This document shows, in pieces, positions 62,278 through 64,000 of a stretch of DNA of 64,000 bases. This stretch comes from Candidatus Multivorans sp. (GTDB lineage: Bacteria; Acidobacteriota; Thermoanaerobaculia; Multivoradales; Multivoraceae): assembly GCA_965247095.1 (NCBI GenBank), contig OZ251997.1, positions 2,176,001 to 2,240,000 of the forward strand, given 5' to 3'. Each line of letters begins with the position of its first letter. The stretch's first letter is position 1. The notes beneath the pieces were generated by a model. The model ran no database searches, had not been told where the DNA came from, and saw only the letters and a list, made by a program, of their open reading frames with translations. The translations under genes and the position numbers were made by a program.

Positions 62278-63738
62278 ATGTCCGCAATCACCCGCCGCGT
62301 ATTCCTTGGCTCCGCCGCCGCGGCCGCCGCCACGACCAGTCTGGGCTGCCGCGCGTCAGTGGGCGCCCCGAGCCCGAACGAGGCCCTCCGCGTCGCTGTT
62401 GTAGGACTGCGGAGTCGCGGGAACGATCACCTGAATCAGTTCGCCAAACTGCCCGGCGTCGAGGTCGCCGCGCTTTGTGACGTCGACCGCAACGTCCTCG
62501 AAGCGGCAAAGGCGAAGGCGGTCGAACTCGGCGCCGACCCGATGACGATCGTCGACTACCGCGACCTGCTGGCGCGCGACGACATCGACGCGGTGTCGAT
62601 CGCCACCCCGAACCACTGGCACGCGCTGATGGCGGTGTGGGCCTGCCAGGCGGGCAAGGACGTCTACCTGGAGAAGCCGGTCTCCCACAATGTCTGGGAG
62701 GGACGCCAGATCGTCCACGCGGCGAAGAAGTACGAGCGGATCGTCCAGACCGGCACCCAGATCCGCTCGTCACCGTCGATCCAGGACGCCCTGGCGTGGG
62801 TCAACGAGGGTCACCTGGGCGAGATCCAGCTCGCCCGCGGCCTCTGCTACAAGCCGCGCCAGAGCATCGGCCGGGTCGAGGGCGCCCAGAAGGTCGACCC
62901 CGCGGTCGACTACGACCTGTGGTGCGGTCCGGCGCCGAAGAATCCCTTGATGCGCGAGCGCCTGCACTACGACTGGCACTGGGTGTTCGACACCGGCAAC
63001 GGGGACCTGGGCAACCAGGGCATCCACCAGATGGACATCGCGCGCTGGGCCCTCGGCGAAAACGCCCTGCCGCCGCGCACGATCAGCGTCGGCGGCCGCT
63101 TCGGCTACCTCGACGACGGCAACACCCCGAACACCCAGTTCGTGTACCACGACTACGAGCGGGCGCCCCTGCTGTTCGAGGTCCGCGGCCTGCCGCGCGA
63201 CGCCGAGGCCCAGGCCGGCGAATGGCGCGAGGGCATGGACGACTACATGGGCGCCAGCATCGGCGTCATCGTTCACTGCGAGGGCGGCTATCTGCAGATC
63301 CCGAGCTACACGAGTGCAACGGCGTATGACAAGAAGGGCAAAAAGCTCGAGACCTGGAAGGGCGGCGGCAACCACTACGCGAACTTCGTCGACGCCGTGC
63401 ATAGCCGCCGGGGCGCGGACCTGACCGCCTCGATCGAGGACGGCCACCTCTCGAGCGCGCTTTGCCACCTGGGCAACGTGTCGTACATGCGAGGCGAAGC
63501 TGCCGGGCCCGCCAAGATCGCCAAGGTTGCCGGGAAGCTGCGCAACGCCGGCGATACCGCGGACCGGTTCCTCGATCACCTCGCCAAGAACGGCATCGAC
63601 CCCGAGATCGACCAGCCGATCGTCGGCCAGTGGCTCGAGATCGACCCGGATTCCGAGACGATCGAAGGCGACGAGCAAGCGAACCGCTTGCTCACCCGCG
63701 AGTACCGCGAGCCCTTCGTGGTGCCCGAGGTCGTCTGA
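62278..63738 (+). CDS. Tat-exported Gfo/Idh/MocA oxidoreductase
   Basis: TRRVFL Tat motif, IATPNHWH, YLEKPVSH and GNQGIHQMDIARW. Confidence 0.92.
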   Translation: MSAITRRVFLGSAAAAAATTSLGCRASVGAPSPNEALRVAVVGLRSRGNDHLNQFAKLPGVEVAALCDVDRNVLEAAKAKAVELGADPMTIVDYRDLLARDDIDAVSIATPNHWHALMAVWACQAGKDVYLEKPVSHNVWEGRQIVHAAKKYERIVQTGTQIRSSPSIQDALAWVNEGHLGEIQLARGLCYKPRQSIGRVEGAQKVDPAVDYDLWCGPAPKNPLMRERLHYDWHWVFDTGNGDLGNQGIHQMDIARWALGENALPPRTISVGGRFGYLDDGNTPNTQFVYHDYERAPLLFEVRGLPRDAEAQAGEWREGMDDYMGASIGVIVHCEGGYLQIPSYTSATAYDKKGKKLETWKGGGNHYANFVDAVHSRRGADLTASIEDGHLSSALCHLGNVSYMRGEAAGPAKIAKVAGKLRNAGDTADRFLDHLAKNGIDPEIDQPIVGQWLEIDPDSETIEGDEQANRLLTREYREPFVVPEVV

Positions 63739-64000
63739 TGGGCGGCTGGATCCTCCGTTCCTGGGAACCCGGGTGGCGCGATCCCGTGGCACTCGCCGCC
63801 CTTGGCGTGATCCTCGTCCTCTTCGGCGCCGGCGCCATCCAGGCCCAGTCCGGCGTCCTCGACGGCTACGAACTCGTCTACTCCCAGGACTTCGCCGACG
63901 CCTCGGCACTCGACGACTTCACCTTCAGCGACCAGCGGGCCTGGAAGTACGGCAACGAAGGAGGCCGCGGCTACCTCGATCTTGTAGGCGGCAGCAAGTA
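63738..64000 (+). CDS. Secreted hypothetical protein, 3'-partial
   Basis: ATG overlaps the upstream TGA (TGATG). Reads MGGWILRSWEPGWRDPVALAALGVILVLFGAGAIQA-QSG..YELVYSQDF and is open to the window end. Confidence 0.7.
   Translation, partial: MGGWILRSWEPGWRDPVALAALGVILVLFGAGAIQAQSGVLDGYELVYSQDFADASALDDFTFSDQRAWKYGNEGGRGYLDLVGGSK
63760..63795 (+). repeat. Palindromic dispersed repeat (family 1), copy B
   Basis: CCTGGGAACCCGGGTGGCGCGAT is identical to the reverse complement of 17719-17741. The second hairpin arm is degenerate (CGTGGCACTCG). Confidence 0.7.

Overview
A high-GC bacterial chromosomal window, densely coding, with about 50 genes. I saw no rRNA, tRNA, CRISPR array, integrase or transposase. 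Gene content and protein style (ASPIC/UnbV + TPR pair, carboxypeptidase-regulatory repeat protein, SwmB/PKD/cadherin/FN3 surface proteins, tandem sulfatases, several HEPN-MNT/HicAB modules) resemble Acidobacteriota, probably Thermoanaerobaculia and possibly a marine or sponge-associated lineage; this is inference only. Housekeeping and metabolic genes include pheA, lhgO, glnS, gltX, galE, mdh, ferritin and icmF. The most notable signal is a shared ~110-aa, four-Cys domain (core FFxRxNxExLxKVLxGCxxNGxxW) found in four otherwise unrelated secreted proteins at 29.5-42.9 kb. It is C-terminal in three (two behind a (Pro-Asp)n linker) and N-terminal in one, and is a candidate lineage-specific surface anchoring/sorting module. 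Other highlights: an in-frame TGA separating a passenger domain from that module; a hypervariable ~20-aa loop in each repeat of a surface protein; two families of short dispersed palindromic repeats (one read in frame as WEPGWRD in two gene N-termini); several 'skeleton' pseudogenes with internal deletions; a probable CTG start codon; and a sugar ABC SBP-permease pair with no ATPase.
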